A DNA stretch of 63,818 nt, counting the filler, from Octopus bimaculoides (Eukaryota): assembly GCF_001194135.2 (NCBI RefSeq). It is 5 parts of 5 records of this genome, joined end to end, with 100 filler letters (N's around TTAATTAATTAA, not from the genome) between each part and the next. Parts side by side here need not be neighbours in the genome. Positions count along the whole stretch, not along the records: positions 18,747 to 29,527 come from NC_068988.1; positions 29,628 to 58,762 come from NC_068981.1; 3 more parts are not named here. One strand, 5' to 3'. The notes below the pieces were generated by a model. The model did not search any database and was not told where the DNA came from. It saw only the letters and a program-made list of their open reading frames with translations. This document shows, in pieces, positions 25,901 to 38,428 of the stretch. The stretch's first letter is position 1; the number at the start of each line of letters is the position of its first letter. The translations under genes and the position numbers were made by a program.

Positions 25901-27941
25901 TTAGTTAAGTTACCACATCATATACAGGAACTCGATCTGTTTTGTGCATTTTACCTGTTGTTGGCGGCAGGAATCCATGTAGGAAACTACACATTGAATA
26001 TGGGATTAATTCTAAGGTTATATTTGGCATGCTATTGCGATTCCGTTTTCAATTTCTACAATCTGTTCTACTGTCTTTCATGTAAATTGAAATATTTTCA
26101 GTATATTACCATAGTTGTGGCATCGATCTGCTAATGCTTTTTTGATCAATGTATGCTATCTGATCAATCACGTTTTAAAACAACTAAAACGTTGTAAATC
26201 TCTAATCCGCAAATTTGTACACTGATGCATGGAAATGCAGAATAAGAAAAGAATGTCATAGTTATAAATTTGGTGCACCAAACGCCTTTATAAATCTGCA
26301 TTGTAGCTGCGAAAGAAAAATGGTAAATTTTATAAATTTGACAAAGAAAATCCATTTAAGTTGATGCAAATCTTTGTTGTCGACAGTTCTTTGAGTCAAA
26401 CAGACATTTCTATATGCTTTAATAGGCACACTGTAAAGTCAAAATCTAGTGTTATTAAACCTATACATGCATACATATGCACAACTATACACATACACAT
26501 AAATGCACACACACACACATATATCTGTACACACATACTCATATATTAACCCACATGTACAGATACATCAGTTTTCTCTTTTCCTGAAGCTTTTCCAAAT
26601 CTTTTACCATAGTCCCCATTTATTCTGACGGATATGTTATCGCTAATTTGCATTTTTATGATTTTCGGAACTGACAATTACGTGTTTGAAGTTTAAAAAT
26701 CATGCTTCAAAAGTATTTTCTAGATTTTAAACTGTCTACAATTTTCTGATATCAAAATCGAAAATAATCTAAGAACAACATACAAAAGAACAGAACAAAC
26801 ATATAAAAACAAGCCAGCAGTCCATTTTTCTGTTAATGACAGTCATAATGCGAACTCCATAAACAACTAAGAAATATTCTATCGTCTAGATTCTATTTAT
26901 AGAGTTTAGTTCTTTTTGCGACAATTCACTTAAACACAGAGACGGCAATATATTCCGTTGTTTACTCTCGATANNNNNNNNNNATATATATAGATATAGA
27001 TAAATAAATAAATATGTAAGTAACTGCGTTAGTTCAACAAAGTTTTTGTTGAACGAATATATTCATTATTTTGCCAGATATGTCGGAACAATATACTGAT
27101 TTTTGCGAATGAAATTACTCTAGCATTGCGAGCTTTCTAAAACATAATTTATGACAGCAATACTCAAGCACAGATTTACCCGTGATAGATAGATAAATAA
27201 AGCTCACCAACTTCGTGAAATTGCTCTAGCCGCTTTCTTTCTTTTAAAAGGTTTACTTAAGCGAAGAAGGGAGAAGCCATGATGCCCAGGGTTTCAAAAA
27301 CTGGTAAGACTGGAAAATACTTGTAACTAAATGGACACCTAGGGCTACGTTGTAGTATTAAGTCTCTTGCCGGATTAAACCTATCACCTTAGACTAAAAA
27401 GAATCGTCTTTTTACCAAGTCTTCACATATTTCAACAAATTTTTTTCTCATATGTCTTTAGTTGATCCGAAATTATGACAGGTAATAGAGAAAATGCTGT
27501 GCAGCAGGATTGAACACGAAACAAAGAGGTTGAGAAATGATCTCCTCAGCCGCGCAGATTTGTCTTCTATTAACGTTGTAAAATGTTCAGTGGCACTATT
27601 ATCATTAATGTTCTTTAACTTTCGGTCAGTCCCTACAAAGTAGCATTTTATCAAATTATCCATACTAAGATTATAAATTGACAATGCTCATCTGTGTGTT
27701 TCGGCATCTATGAAGACATTCATTGTTTCTAGCGTAAAACTTATCTCGATATTTTTCCAAATGTCAATTAAAATCTGTTGATATTAATATTTTAGATGAT
27801 TAAGCTTTAGTAGTAACAAAATTACGACATAAGCTTATGATTTTACTATTAAAAAACATTCTTCACTTTACTGTCTTTGTATTAAGCTCTTTAGTAATAA
27901 ACTGTAGCTTTTATTTGAAATAGTATTTCAGGTTGCTTACA

Positions 27942-27975
<34 letters not shown>

Positions 27976-27977
27976 AT

Positions 27978-28008
<31 letters not shown>

Positions 28009-29627
28009 AAATATCTATCAATCTATCTATCTATCTATCTGTCTATCTATCTATCTGTCTGTCTGTCTGTTTGTCTATCTATTTATAAATACGTGCACGT
28101 ACATACACACTCACACACTCTCACACACACACGCACACATACGCACACACACACGCACACATACGCACACACACGCACACATACGCACACACACACGCAC
28201 ACATACGCACACACACGCACACATACGCACACACACATAATTTCTCTATGTAAGAGATATTGTAGCATAGAATAGTCACAGGACAGTGCTCAAAGAAACT
28301 GAAACTTAAAGTCGAACTCCTTCGTTTGAGTCAGGTGGTGCCGAGGTAGGAGGTCGTTTACTGAAAGGATCTTCGGCAAGCCTGTATGGAAACAAGATCG
28401 ATAATTTGATCGGTAATAGGTAAGTGTATATTAACAAGTAATGTAGGAATTTCGCGAGATTTTATGTTATACAATTCTGTATATGTACTCTGATAAAGAA
28501 AAACAATATACTCATAAATTGTAATTATAAATGTACATTCGACCACACCCACACATAGAGCTATATTTGGGTAAATAAATATGTCAAGTATACTATGAGT
28601 ATATCCAAATTTGATAGCTTTATTAGGGCTTTTAATACGACTTAATTTCTTTACTTTCATTTTGGAAGAATAATGTCCTGAAATCCTTTTGGACTACAAA
28701 TTTTATAAGACCCCATCGACATCATCATGAAAATAAGGCATTGATTATAATGGCATGTTTATGTTCACATTGTGGCACGTCACAAGAGGAATATATATTT
28801 GTTAGATAATTCTACCAAAATGAAAAACCTTCTCTTCAGCACAAACTCACAAACTTCCTATTCACAGAACGGAGTTAAAATAACTAATGTAATAGAAAAA
28901 TGTCAATATAAACATGATAATTGTAAAGTTCAGGTTTCAAGAATTATATCGTTCTCATAAATACATTCTCCCATAGGTTGACTGTGCATTTACAAGACAT
29001 TTGCAACACGTTATTAAGCAAAGCACGAAATAAAATTAAATAGAAAAATCCTCATGTACACATTCAGTGCACCTCGTGCCAACTTACTAATTCAAATTCA
29101 TACCACAAGCCCCTACGTTCTCGTCGCACTTTAAAATTTATATACTTTCTTGCCGTAGGAACTATAGTAACACCAGAGCTGGGAGTTAAGTGATTTAGTA
29201 CGAAACTGTTGATCGCTAGCAAATAATTTACATAATGTATTAATTTCCATTTCTCCTGCATTTTAAACCAAACCTATATATATATATATATATATATATG
29301 AAGGAGACCATTTAGTGGACTGTTAATGCGCTAGAAGAAGATCACATATAATGCGTCTACTAAGACCGAATTGTTCTCAAAGAAAAATTTAGCGAAGCAG
29401 CAAAACGTATGCAGGCAAGACAAGTGAAAATATTTTTTCTGAATCTCCTTGATTCATTCAATGTGCTTGTTCCCTGGTTGAGATTAATTAATATCCAATT
29501 TTTTACCCTACTGTTTTAATTTATATANNNNNNNNNNNNNNNNNNNNNNNNNNNNNNNNNNNNNNNNNNNNTTAATTAATTAANNNNNNNNNNNNNNNNN
29601 NNNNNNNNNNNNNNNNNNNNNNNNNNN

Positions 29628-32086
29628 GAGTCTCACTGGACAACTACCGCCCGCCCCAAGCTGGGCAGCCCCCAGTCAGTAAGGTGATGTCCCGTCACGG
29701 TCTGCCATCCTCATTGGGTGCATGTGGATTAGGAAAACATCCGACAAGCAGACCGTTAGTCACATCACCAGTTAACCACAAAATAAGACCTTCAAGAAAG
29801 AGACCAGCTCTAAAACTGGGATGTTGGAATGTCCGGTCAATAATGCCTGGTTTTTCCCCAAGATCTGCGGGATGTCCGTGACGCCAGGAAAACAGCTGTC
29901 ATCAACGACGAGCTCAAAACACTGGGTGTCGGCATTGCCACCCTGCAAGAGACATGGTTGGTTGGTGCAGGCACTGAAGGAGGACTACACATTCTTCTGG
30001 CGAGGAAAGAACTTCGGTGAGCCCAGAGAGCATGGAGTTGACTTTGCAGTAAGGAACAACTTACTGAATATGATAGAACCAAACAGCGGTGGCTCTGAGC
30101 GACTCCTAACACTCCGCCTTAACACCACCGAAGGCCCCGTCAACCTCGTCAGTGTGTACGCCTCAACGCTGTCCGCCACTTCGGACACCAAGGATGAGTT
30201 CTATGAGAACTTTTCATCTACCATCAGGAATATACCAAGTACCGAACAGCTTATTCTCCTGGGCGACTTCAACGCCAGAGTGGGTGCAGACGGCGACTCG
30301 GGGCCTTCTTGCCTTGGTTCGTTTTGAGTGAGAAGATTCAATGAGAATGGTGAGCGACTGCTAGAGCTTTGTGCCCTTCACAACCTGTGCATCGCCAACT
30401 CCTTCTTCAAAACGAAACCCCAACACAAGGTCTCCTGGAGGCACCCGCGCTCAAAACACTGGCACCAACTGGATCTAATTGCGGTCAGGCGTGCTGCCAT
30501 AAAATACATTCTCCATACACGTTCTTACCACAGTGCGGACTGACACAGACCACTCCCTGGTATGCTGCAAAATCAGGCTGCAACCAAAAAGGTTCCACAG
30601 TGCAAAGAAACCGAGGGCCACGTGCATTGACGTTAGCAAGATGACTCAGCTCAATCTTGTGGAACAGTTCGCAGAGGCCTTTGAAGAAGTATACGATGCA
30701 TCGCAGGCCGGAGATACCGCCATAGAGAAGTGGGAAACTCTGCGAGATACCATCCACCGCACCGCCCTGGCAACTTTTGGGAAGAGGGCCTCGATGCCAC
30801 ATGACTGGTTTGACGCCAAGTCGTCCACGATGAACCCCGTCATTGAGGCCAAGCGCGCCGCATTCGCAGAATACAAGCGGTCACCCACCGAGAAAAACCT
30901 GCAGATCCTCAAGGCGGCCAGGAGCAAGGTTCAGAACATCGCCAGGTGCTGAGCCAACGAGTACTGGACAGAGCTCAGTGAGAGGATTCAGACGGCCGTT
31001 ACAACAGGCAACATCAGAGTCATGTACGATGGTATCAAGAAGGCACTGGGACCAACACAGAACAAGAACGCCCCCATCAAATCCAACACCGGGGAAATCA
31101 TTACCGACCAGGGCAGGCAGATAGAGAGATGGGTGGAGCACTACTCTGACTTCTATTCTGGAGAGGCAACAGTGACTCCTGCAGCCCTTGACACCATCGA
31201 GTGCATACCAGTCATGGAAGAGCTCGACGCAGAGCCTATCATGGACGAGCTCAGTAAGGCCGTTGACAGTTTGACCGCAGGCAAGGCACCAGGCAGCGAC
31301 AGTATTCCTCCATACCTCATCAAGCACTGCAAGTCTACCTTGCTACAGCCCTTGCATGAGGTTCTCTGCCAGTACTGGAAGGAGGGAAGCGTGCCACAAG
31401 ACATGAGGGATGCTAAAATCATCACCCTTTACAAGAACAAGGGTGAAAGAAGTGGCTGCAACAACTACAGAGGTATCTCCCTCCTTAGCGTAGTTGCTAA
31501 AGTCTACGCTCGGGTCCTATTGATCCGTTTGCAGAAGCTGGCTGAACGTATCTACCCAGAATCACAGTGTGGCTTCCGAGCTGAAAGATCTACGGTAGAC
31601 ATGGTCTTCACCCTTCGCCATCTCCAGGAGAAGTGCAGAGAGCAGCAGATGCTCCTCTACGTCGCATTCATTGACCTCACAAAGGCCTTTGATCTTGTCA
31701 GCAGAGATGGTCTTTTCAAGGCTCTTTGAAAGATCGGCTGTCCTCCAAAACTGCACAACTTAATCGAGTCTTTCCACTCCAGCATGAAAGGGACTGCGTA
31801 GTTCACCGGCAACCTCTCCGAGCCCCTCGACATACGCAGCGGGGTCAAATAAGGCTGCGTACTCGCCCCAACCCTTTTCGGGATCTTCTCACTCCTCCTG
31901 AGACATGCATTTGGCACAGCACAAGAGGGAATATACTTACGGACGAGATCGGATGGTAGGCTGTTCAATCTTGCCCGCCTAAAAGAGAGGACAAAAGTTC
32001 GTGAAGTCCTCATTAGAGACATGCTGTTCGCTGATGACGCTGCAGTTGCGACTCATACTCAGAGGGAACTGCAGCTGCTGATGGAC
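29628..32086 (+). mobile_element. RTE-clade LINE, 3'-truncated, defective (APE endonuclease plus RT)
   Basis: EN motifs LKLGCWNVRS, LLGDFNARVG and HSAD-DTDHSL. RT motifs KAPGSD, YRGISLLS, QCGFRAERST, FIDLTKAFD, GVK*GC and MLFADD. Several stops and frameshifts; 5' end runs into a gap. Confidence 0.92.
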
Positions 32087-33590
32087 GACCGAACTCGACC
32101 TTTGGCTTTCTTTTCTCGCCAATTACAACCAGCTGAGCGGCGATACAGCACCTTTGATCGTGAGCTCTTAGCGATCTATCTGTCGGTTCGTCATTTCCAG
32201 TATCAGCTCGAAGGTCGAGATTTTGTGATCTATACTGATCATAAGTCTCTTACGTTTGCCCTATCGTCTAAGACGGACAAACTCTCGCCTCGTGCCTTCC
32301 GTCACTTGGATTTTATTTCACAGTTTACCAGTGACATTCGTCATATACCTGGGAAAGAGAACGTTCCTGCTGACGCTCTTTCTCGTCTTCCAGTCTGTTC
32401 TCTTTTATCTCCTGCTGCAATCGATTTGATTGTCATTTCGCAGGACCAATCAGCTTTGGAGAAATTAGATTTAACTTTGCCCCAGTTCTCCTGTTGCCAA
32501 TTTGCCTGTCTTCCGCTTCCGTTGGCTGAAGGTACTATTCTTTGTGATACCTCTACTGGTTCTCCCAGGCTACTTTTGCCTGAGAATCACCAACGCTCAG
32601 TGTTTGAGGCCCTGCATTCCTTGTCGCACCTGGGCATCGCTGCTATACTGAAGCTCATCACTGCTCGATTTTTTCTGGCCAAATATGCGTCGCGTAATTA
32701 CTTCTTGGACACAGACGTGTTCCAAGTGCCAGTGTTCCAAGTGCCAGTGTTCCAAGTGCCAGTGTTCCAAGGTCCAATAGCACATTCGTGCTACGCTTGG
32801 ACAGTTTTCTCCTCCGGAGGCCCGTTTTCGCCGTGTCCACATTGATCTAGTTGGGCCATGGCCTGTGAGTTGCGGTTTCTCTTATATCTTGACCTGTGTC
32901 GATCGTTTCTCCCGTTGGTCAGAAGCCATTTCTGCTGAATCTGTTGCTCAAGCTTTTGTTTCTAACTGGATTTCCCGCTTCGGAGTTCCGTCCGGATTAA
33001 CTACTGATCGCGGACGCCAGTTTGAAGCTTCTTTATTTCGTGAATTGTCACGAATTTTGGGTGTGCATCACATTCGCACGACCAGTTACCATCCAGCTTC
33101 CAACGGGATGGTCGAACGGTTTCATAGACAGCTCAAGGCCGCTCTACGTGTCTCTCCAGATCCACAGTCTTGGACTGAATTTCTGCCAATTGTGCTTCTT
33201 GGCCGTCGTTCTGCTGTCAAGGCAGACCTGGGTTTCTCCTCTGCAGAGCTGCTGTATGGTACCATAATAGTATTGCCTGGTACGATGTTGGTACCAGACA
33301 TTTCACTGCTTCATGATCCGGCGTCGTACATCGCCAGACTTCGCACCTATTTTTCTAATCTTCCGCATATGGGTTCCCGGGACCAGTCTCCACCCTCTAA
33401 TGTCTCATCAGATATTGACTCTTGGTCACATGTTTTTGTTCGGGATGACTCTGTCAAGGGACCTCTTGTTTCTCCTTACAAAGGACCAGAGACCGTTACT
33501 GTAGATCGGCTTAAAAGAGCATATTTTGAGGTGTCCACATCTTTCGATGGTGGACAACACCATCACCTACACACGCACCTTTGACAACAC
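32087..33590 (+). mobile_element. Ty3/Gypsy RNase H-integrase fragment (CsRn1-like)
   Basis: RPLAFFSRQL...[68 protein letters not shown]. Confidence 0.92.
32718..32771 (+). repeat. 15-bp tandem repeat (tgttccaagtgccag) x3.6 in the integrase zinc finger
   Basis: Units start at 32718, 32733 and 32748, with a partial unit at 32763. Confidence 0.95.
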
Positions 33591-33893
33591 CATCACCTAC
33601 ACAGAGTCGTTCCATGTGTCCCAACAGAACCCTTGCAACTCTTTCTTAAGTTTCAGTCACAATGAATAGCAATAACCATCTCTCAACTCACTAAAGTAGA
33701 AGGATAGGTGACATTCAGAGTTTTGTGAGATTTTCCATTTTATTTTGGGGATATTTATAACTTAACGTATTTGCTAGTGTCTAAGACGCTCACATAAGAC
33801 GCACCCCTATTTTACAAATATATTTTATAGAAAAAGCAAATTTAGTGTTTCATAATACATCTATTAGAAATTATTTTAAAGTGTTTTTTTTTA

Positions 33894-34605
33894 ATATCTT
33901 TGTATTAGATATATGATATAACGAGGCAGTGGGGAAGAAAATATATACACGACGCACTACTATTACTATTACTCGAAACTCAACGTTCTATATTCAAAGG
34001 TTCACATAGGGGGCGGGGCGGATTCCTTCTACAACATAAACAAAAGTTTTTGTGGAAGCTTGTTGGAGGGACTATTATTTGAGGAATGACAAAACAGTAG
34101 TAGTGGTGTTACCACATTGGTGGGTACTTAAGGTAGATAAATAGGAGTTTAGCCAAAAATACGAGTTTACTTCCTGTATAGCAATTCTCTTGACCCAAAT
34201 ATACACAACTATGTAGTTGATTTGAATGAAGACAGTTGAAGTACAGCATTCGTATAACGTAGTCTATTATGATGAATTTATAGTTTCATAATTTATTCCA
34301 GTACACCAGACAGCATTGTATTTGCATGGACAGAGTCATACATTTTCCCCTACAAAACTGTTGTAGAAGGATTCCGACACCCTCGCCCCAAGTGACTAAA
34401 GGTGGACTGTCTCATTGTTATAAAACGAAGAAATGTGAGCGATTGGCAGTTCGTGCTGGTAGCAGTTCACTGTGAGCCTTCGATATAGATTATTGAGTCT
34501 CTTGTAATAGCAATAGTAGCACGTCGTGTATATACCCCCCCCCNNNNNNNNNNNNNNNNNNNNNNNNNNNCGCTTCGTTATATTATATATCTAATACAAG
34601 GATAT
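33894..34605. repeat. Fold-back unit with long imperfect terminal inverted repeats; putative 5' LTR or MITE
   Basis: The left arm atatctttgtattagatatatgatataacg...ggttcaca...gattccttctacaaca is the imperfect reverse complement of about 34358-34605. It lies 5 bp upstream of TGGCGACGAG. Confidence 0.8.
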
Positions 34606-34890
34606 AAAAGTGGCGACGAGTTGTTCGAAGTTTGCGTTGGATGTTTAACATTTTTATTTTGGTACGAAGCCAAAATTTAAAAATCGTTTTAACATGGAAG
34701 ACTTATTAGCCTCCGTGGTGCAGTTGCAGCAGCAACAACAATAACAACAGCAATTGCAGCAGCAGCAACGGCAACTACAACAAAACCAACAGTTGCTGGA
34801 ATTAATGTTGAAGAAGTTTGAAAATACTTCAGGTTAGTACTCGCCAGACAGCGTAGCAAACTCAATTGAAGAATTCAGCCGTAAACCACT

Positions 34891-35427
34891 TGTAACGGTT
34901 ATAGGATTGCACGATGAAGATCATTTTTTATAAGAAAATATTTATTTATGCCGTTACATTCTAGGTTGCCATACCACGACGGGTAGGCCAGTGTAATAGT
35001 ATATAAAACATGCAAGGTTGAGAATGTAGGCCTGTATCTGTATGTTCCTTCTTTTATAGCAGTAATTGTATAGAGGGAGAGATGGTAGGGTTATAATGTT
35101 GGCGCCATTGTCTGACAGTGGCTGACAGTAAAGTTATTTCTCCCTCTGCCAAGTTGTAGCTGATCAGCCAGGCATCTTTCTCCATGAGACGTCAATTGAC
35201 CACTGGTCACTAGAAAGTGAAAAGAGGAAGTTTTCTTGGAGTGTCCTGTTTATATAGCCATGAAGCAGGGCAGTGAGTGCAAAGGATTTAGCTTGTTTAC
35301 CTCAATTCTAGATCGAGCAGAAGAGGTCAGAAAAGGGTCAAGTGGTGGAGACCGCTTCGGCCTAGCTATTCAAATATGGGTAAAGTGGATCGAATCCACT
35401 TCACGCCTGCCAGGTTCCTATATATAC
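34891..35427. mobile_element. LTR (family L1), copy left of gap
   Basis: Starts TGTAACGG; almost identical to 36325-36860 and related to solo LTR 51826-52533. Confidence 0.75.
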
Positions 35428-36324
35428 NNNNNNNNNNNNNNNNNNNNNNNNNNNNNNNNNNNNNNNNNNNNNNNNNNNNNNNNNNNNNNNNNNNNNNNNN
35501 NNNNNNNNNNNNNNNNNNNNNNNNNNNNNNNNNNNNNNNNNNNNNNNNNNNNNNNNNNNNNNNNNNNNNNNNNNNNNNNNNNNNNNNNNNNNNNNNNNNN
35601 NNNNNNNNNNNNNNNNNNNNNNNNNNNNNNNNNNNNNNNNNNNNNNNNNNNNNNNNNNNNNNNNNNNNNNNNNNNNNNNNNNNNNNNNNNNNNNNNNNNN
35701 NNNNNNNNNNNNNNNNNNNNNNNNNNNNNNNNNNNNNNNNNNNNNNNNNNNNNNNNNNNNNNNNNNNNNNNNNNNNNNNNNNNNNNNNNNNNNNNNNNNN
35801 NNNNNNNNNNNNNNNNNNNNNNNNNNNNNNNNNNNNNNNNNNNNNNNNNNNNNNNNNNNNNNNNNNNNNNNNNNNNNNNNNNNNNNNNNNNNNNNNNNNN
35901 NNNNNNNNNNNNNNNNNNNNNNNNNNNNNNNNNNNNNNNNNNNNNNNNNNNNNNNNNNNNNNNNNNNNNNNNNNNNNNNNNNNNNNNNNNNNNNNNNNNN
36001 NNNNNNNNNNNNNNNNNNNNNNNNNNNNNNNNNNNNNNNNNNNNNNNNNNNNNNNNNNNNNNNNNNNNNNNNNNNNNNNNNNNNNNNNNNNNNNNNNNNN
36101 NNNNNNNNNNNNNNNNNNNNNNNNNNNNNNNNNNNNNNNNNNNNNNNNNNNNNNNNNNNNNNNNNNNNNNNNNNNNNNNNNNNNNNNNNNNNNNNNNNNN
36201 NNNNNNNNNNNNNNNNNNNNNNNNNNNNNNNNNNNNNNNNNNNNNNNNNNNNNNNNNNNNNNNNNNNNNNNNNNNNNNNNNNNNNNNNNNNNNNNNNNNN
36301 NNNNNNNNNNNNNNNNNAACCACT

Positions 36325-36856
36325 TGTAACGGTTATAGGATTGCACGATGAAGATCATTTTTTATAAGAAAATATTTATTTATGCCGTTACATTCTAGGT
36401 TGCCATACCACGACGGGTAGGCCAGTGTAATAGTATATAAAACATGCAAGGTTGAGAATGTAGGCCTGTATCTGTATGTTCCTTCTTTTATAGCAGTAAT
36501 TGTATAGAGGGAGAGATGGTAGGGTTATAATGTTGGCGCCATTGTCTGACAGTGGCTGACAGTAAAGTTATTTCTCCCTCTGCCAAGTTGTAGCTGATCA
36601 ACCAGGCATCTTTCTCCATGAGACGTCAATTGACCACTGGTCACTAGAAAGTGAAAAGAGGAAGTTTTCTTGGAGTGTCCTGTTTATATAGCCATGAAGC
36701 AGGGCAGTGAGTGCAAAGGATTTAGCTTGTTTACCTCAATTCTAGATCGAGCAGAAGAGGTCAGAAAAGGGTCAAGTGGTGGAGACCGCTTCGGCCTAGC
36801 TATTCAAATATGGGTAAAGTGGATCGAATCCACTTCACGCCTGCCAGGTTCCTATA
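36325..36856. mobile_element. LTR (family L1), copy right of gap
   Basis: Same sequence and the same 7-bp left flank (aaccact) as the 34891 copy; one substitution seen. Confidence 0.75.
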
Positions 36857-38183
36857 TATACGTTCTTGGATATTAACAAAATTAGAACAGGACCAAAATT
36901 TAATTCTGCAGGCAGTAGCAGAAGAATGTCAGAAGATTGTTAATCTACGACATGACGAAAATAAAATCGAAGAGAAAGATTCTCAGATTCAAACGTGTCT
37001 ACCGCTAACAAATAAGATAATGGACAAAAAAAAATATGAAGACTGAATCCATGTCATGGGTACGGTGTCTACATTTTAAAATTAACTGTCCGTTTAAAAA
37101 TATAAAATGCTACAAATTTGGTAAAAGAGGCCATAAAATGTCGTACTGTAGGACAGAACCTAAGAAGCAGTTCAACAGAAAAAAATTACATAAACGGATT
37201 ATCGGTGACAAAAAATACGAAGGAACCTCAAAGAAAATTTGTATATGTAAAAATTAATAACACAAACCTAAAGTTTCATTTGGATACAGACTGCGACCTA
37301 AATTAAATGAAACCTGGAAAACTGCCCGTGGTGTTTCAGGAAAAAAAATGTATTTTAAAGGCGAATTGATAAGTAACATTACATATCGTGAAAAAACCTT
37401 AAAGGCTAAAGTTTTTGTGTTAAATAATACAACAGACTTGTTTGGTATTGACTGGATAGAATTGGTTAATTCATGGGACCTCCCCATTAATCTTTTCTGT
37501 TAAAAGGTGAATAGTTTTTTCCTCCAGTACAAATAAATCATCAGACGAATTGAAAAAGAAGTTTAAAACTATTTTTCCTGAACTTCTGTCCAATAAATTA
37601 GGCTGTGTACCAAAACGAAGGTACGATTCCAAATACAAGAAAACGTCATACCGACATTTAAACAAAAACGAACAGTACCGTTCGTAGCGTTAGAACAGAT
37701 AAACTTAGAGTTAGAGAGATTAGAAAAAATTGGAGTTATCCAAAAAAGTGGAATATAGCTATGTGGGCAGCACCAACTGTGCATAGAAAAAGAATAATAA
37801 AATCAGAGTGTGCTGATTTTTCCACTGGTTTAAATGAATGTCTTAAAAGGTACCTCTATCCGCAACCTTCTCCGGAGGGTATTTTTGCGAAATTAAACAG
37901 TGGCAAGATATTTTCTAAATTGGATCTCCCTGGCGCATACCTACAGATTAAAGTAGAGGATGAATGCTCTAAATACTTAACAATTAACACACATAACAGG
38001 TTACCATTTGGCAAAAAAGTCGCAGCTGCGATTTTTCAACAGATTATGGATGCAATGTTAGTGGACTGTGAATTCGCAATTCCATATCTGGACGATATAC
38101 TCTTTAAATGCGGATCCAGGGATTAACACGTAGAGCACGTAAAATATGTAGTCGAAAAAAATTAAGGATTACGGCTTTACTTT

Positions 38184-38428
38184 TTTTCCTTTCTTTCTTT
38201 TTTCTTTTCTTTTTTTTTTTCTACTCTAAGCACAAGGCCCGAAATTTTTGGGGAGGGAGCCAATCGATCAGATCGACCCCAGTACGTAACTGGTACTTAA
38301 TTTATCGACCCCGAAAGGATGAAAGGCAAAGTCGACCTCGGCGGAATTTGAACTCAAAACGTAAAGACAGACGAAATACCGTTAAGCATTTCACCTGGCG
38401 TGCTAACGTTTCTGTCAGCTTGCCGTTT
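38184..38428 (-). mobile_element. SINE family B inserted in Gypsy RT, with about 16-bp TSD
   Basis: TSD attacggctttacttt (38168-38183) / attacggttttacttt (38429-38444). T-rich tail on the + strand. Removing the insert restores KIKDYGFTLSKEKC. Confidence 0.9.

Noticed and set aside
34725-34795. (CAG/CAA) run suggesting a polyQ host gene
   Set aside because: It is the Gln-rich N-terminus of Gypsy gag and contains a stop.
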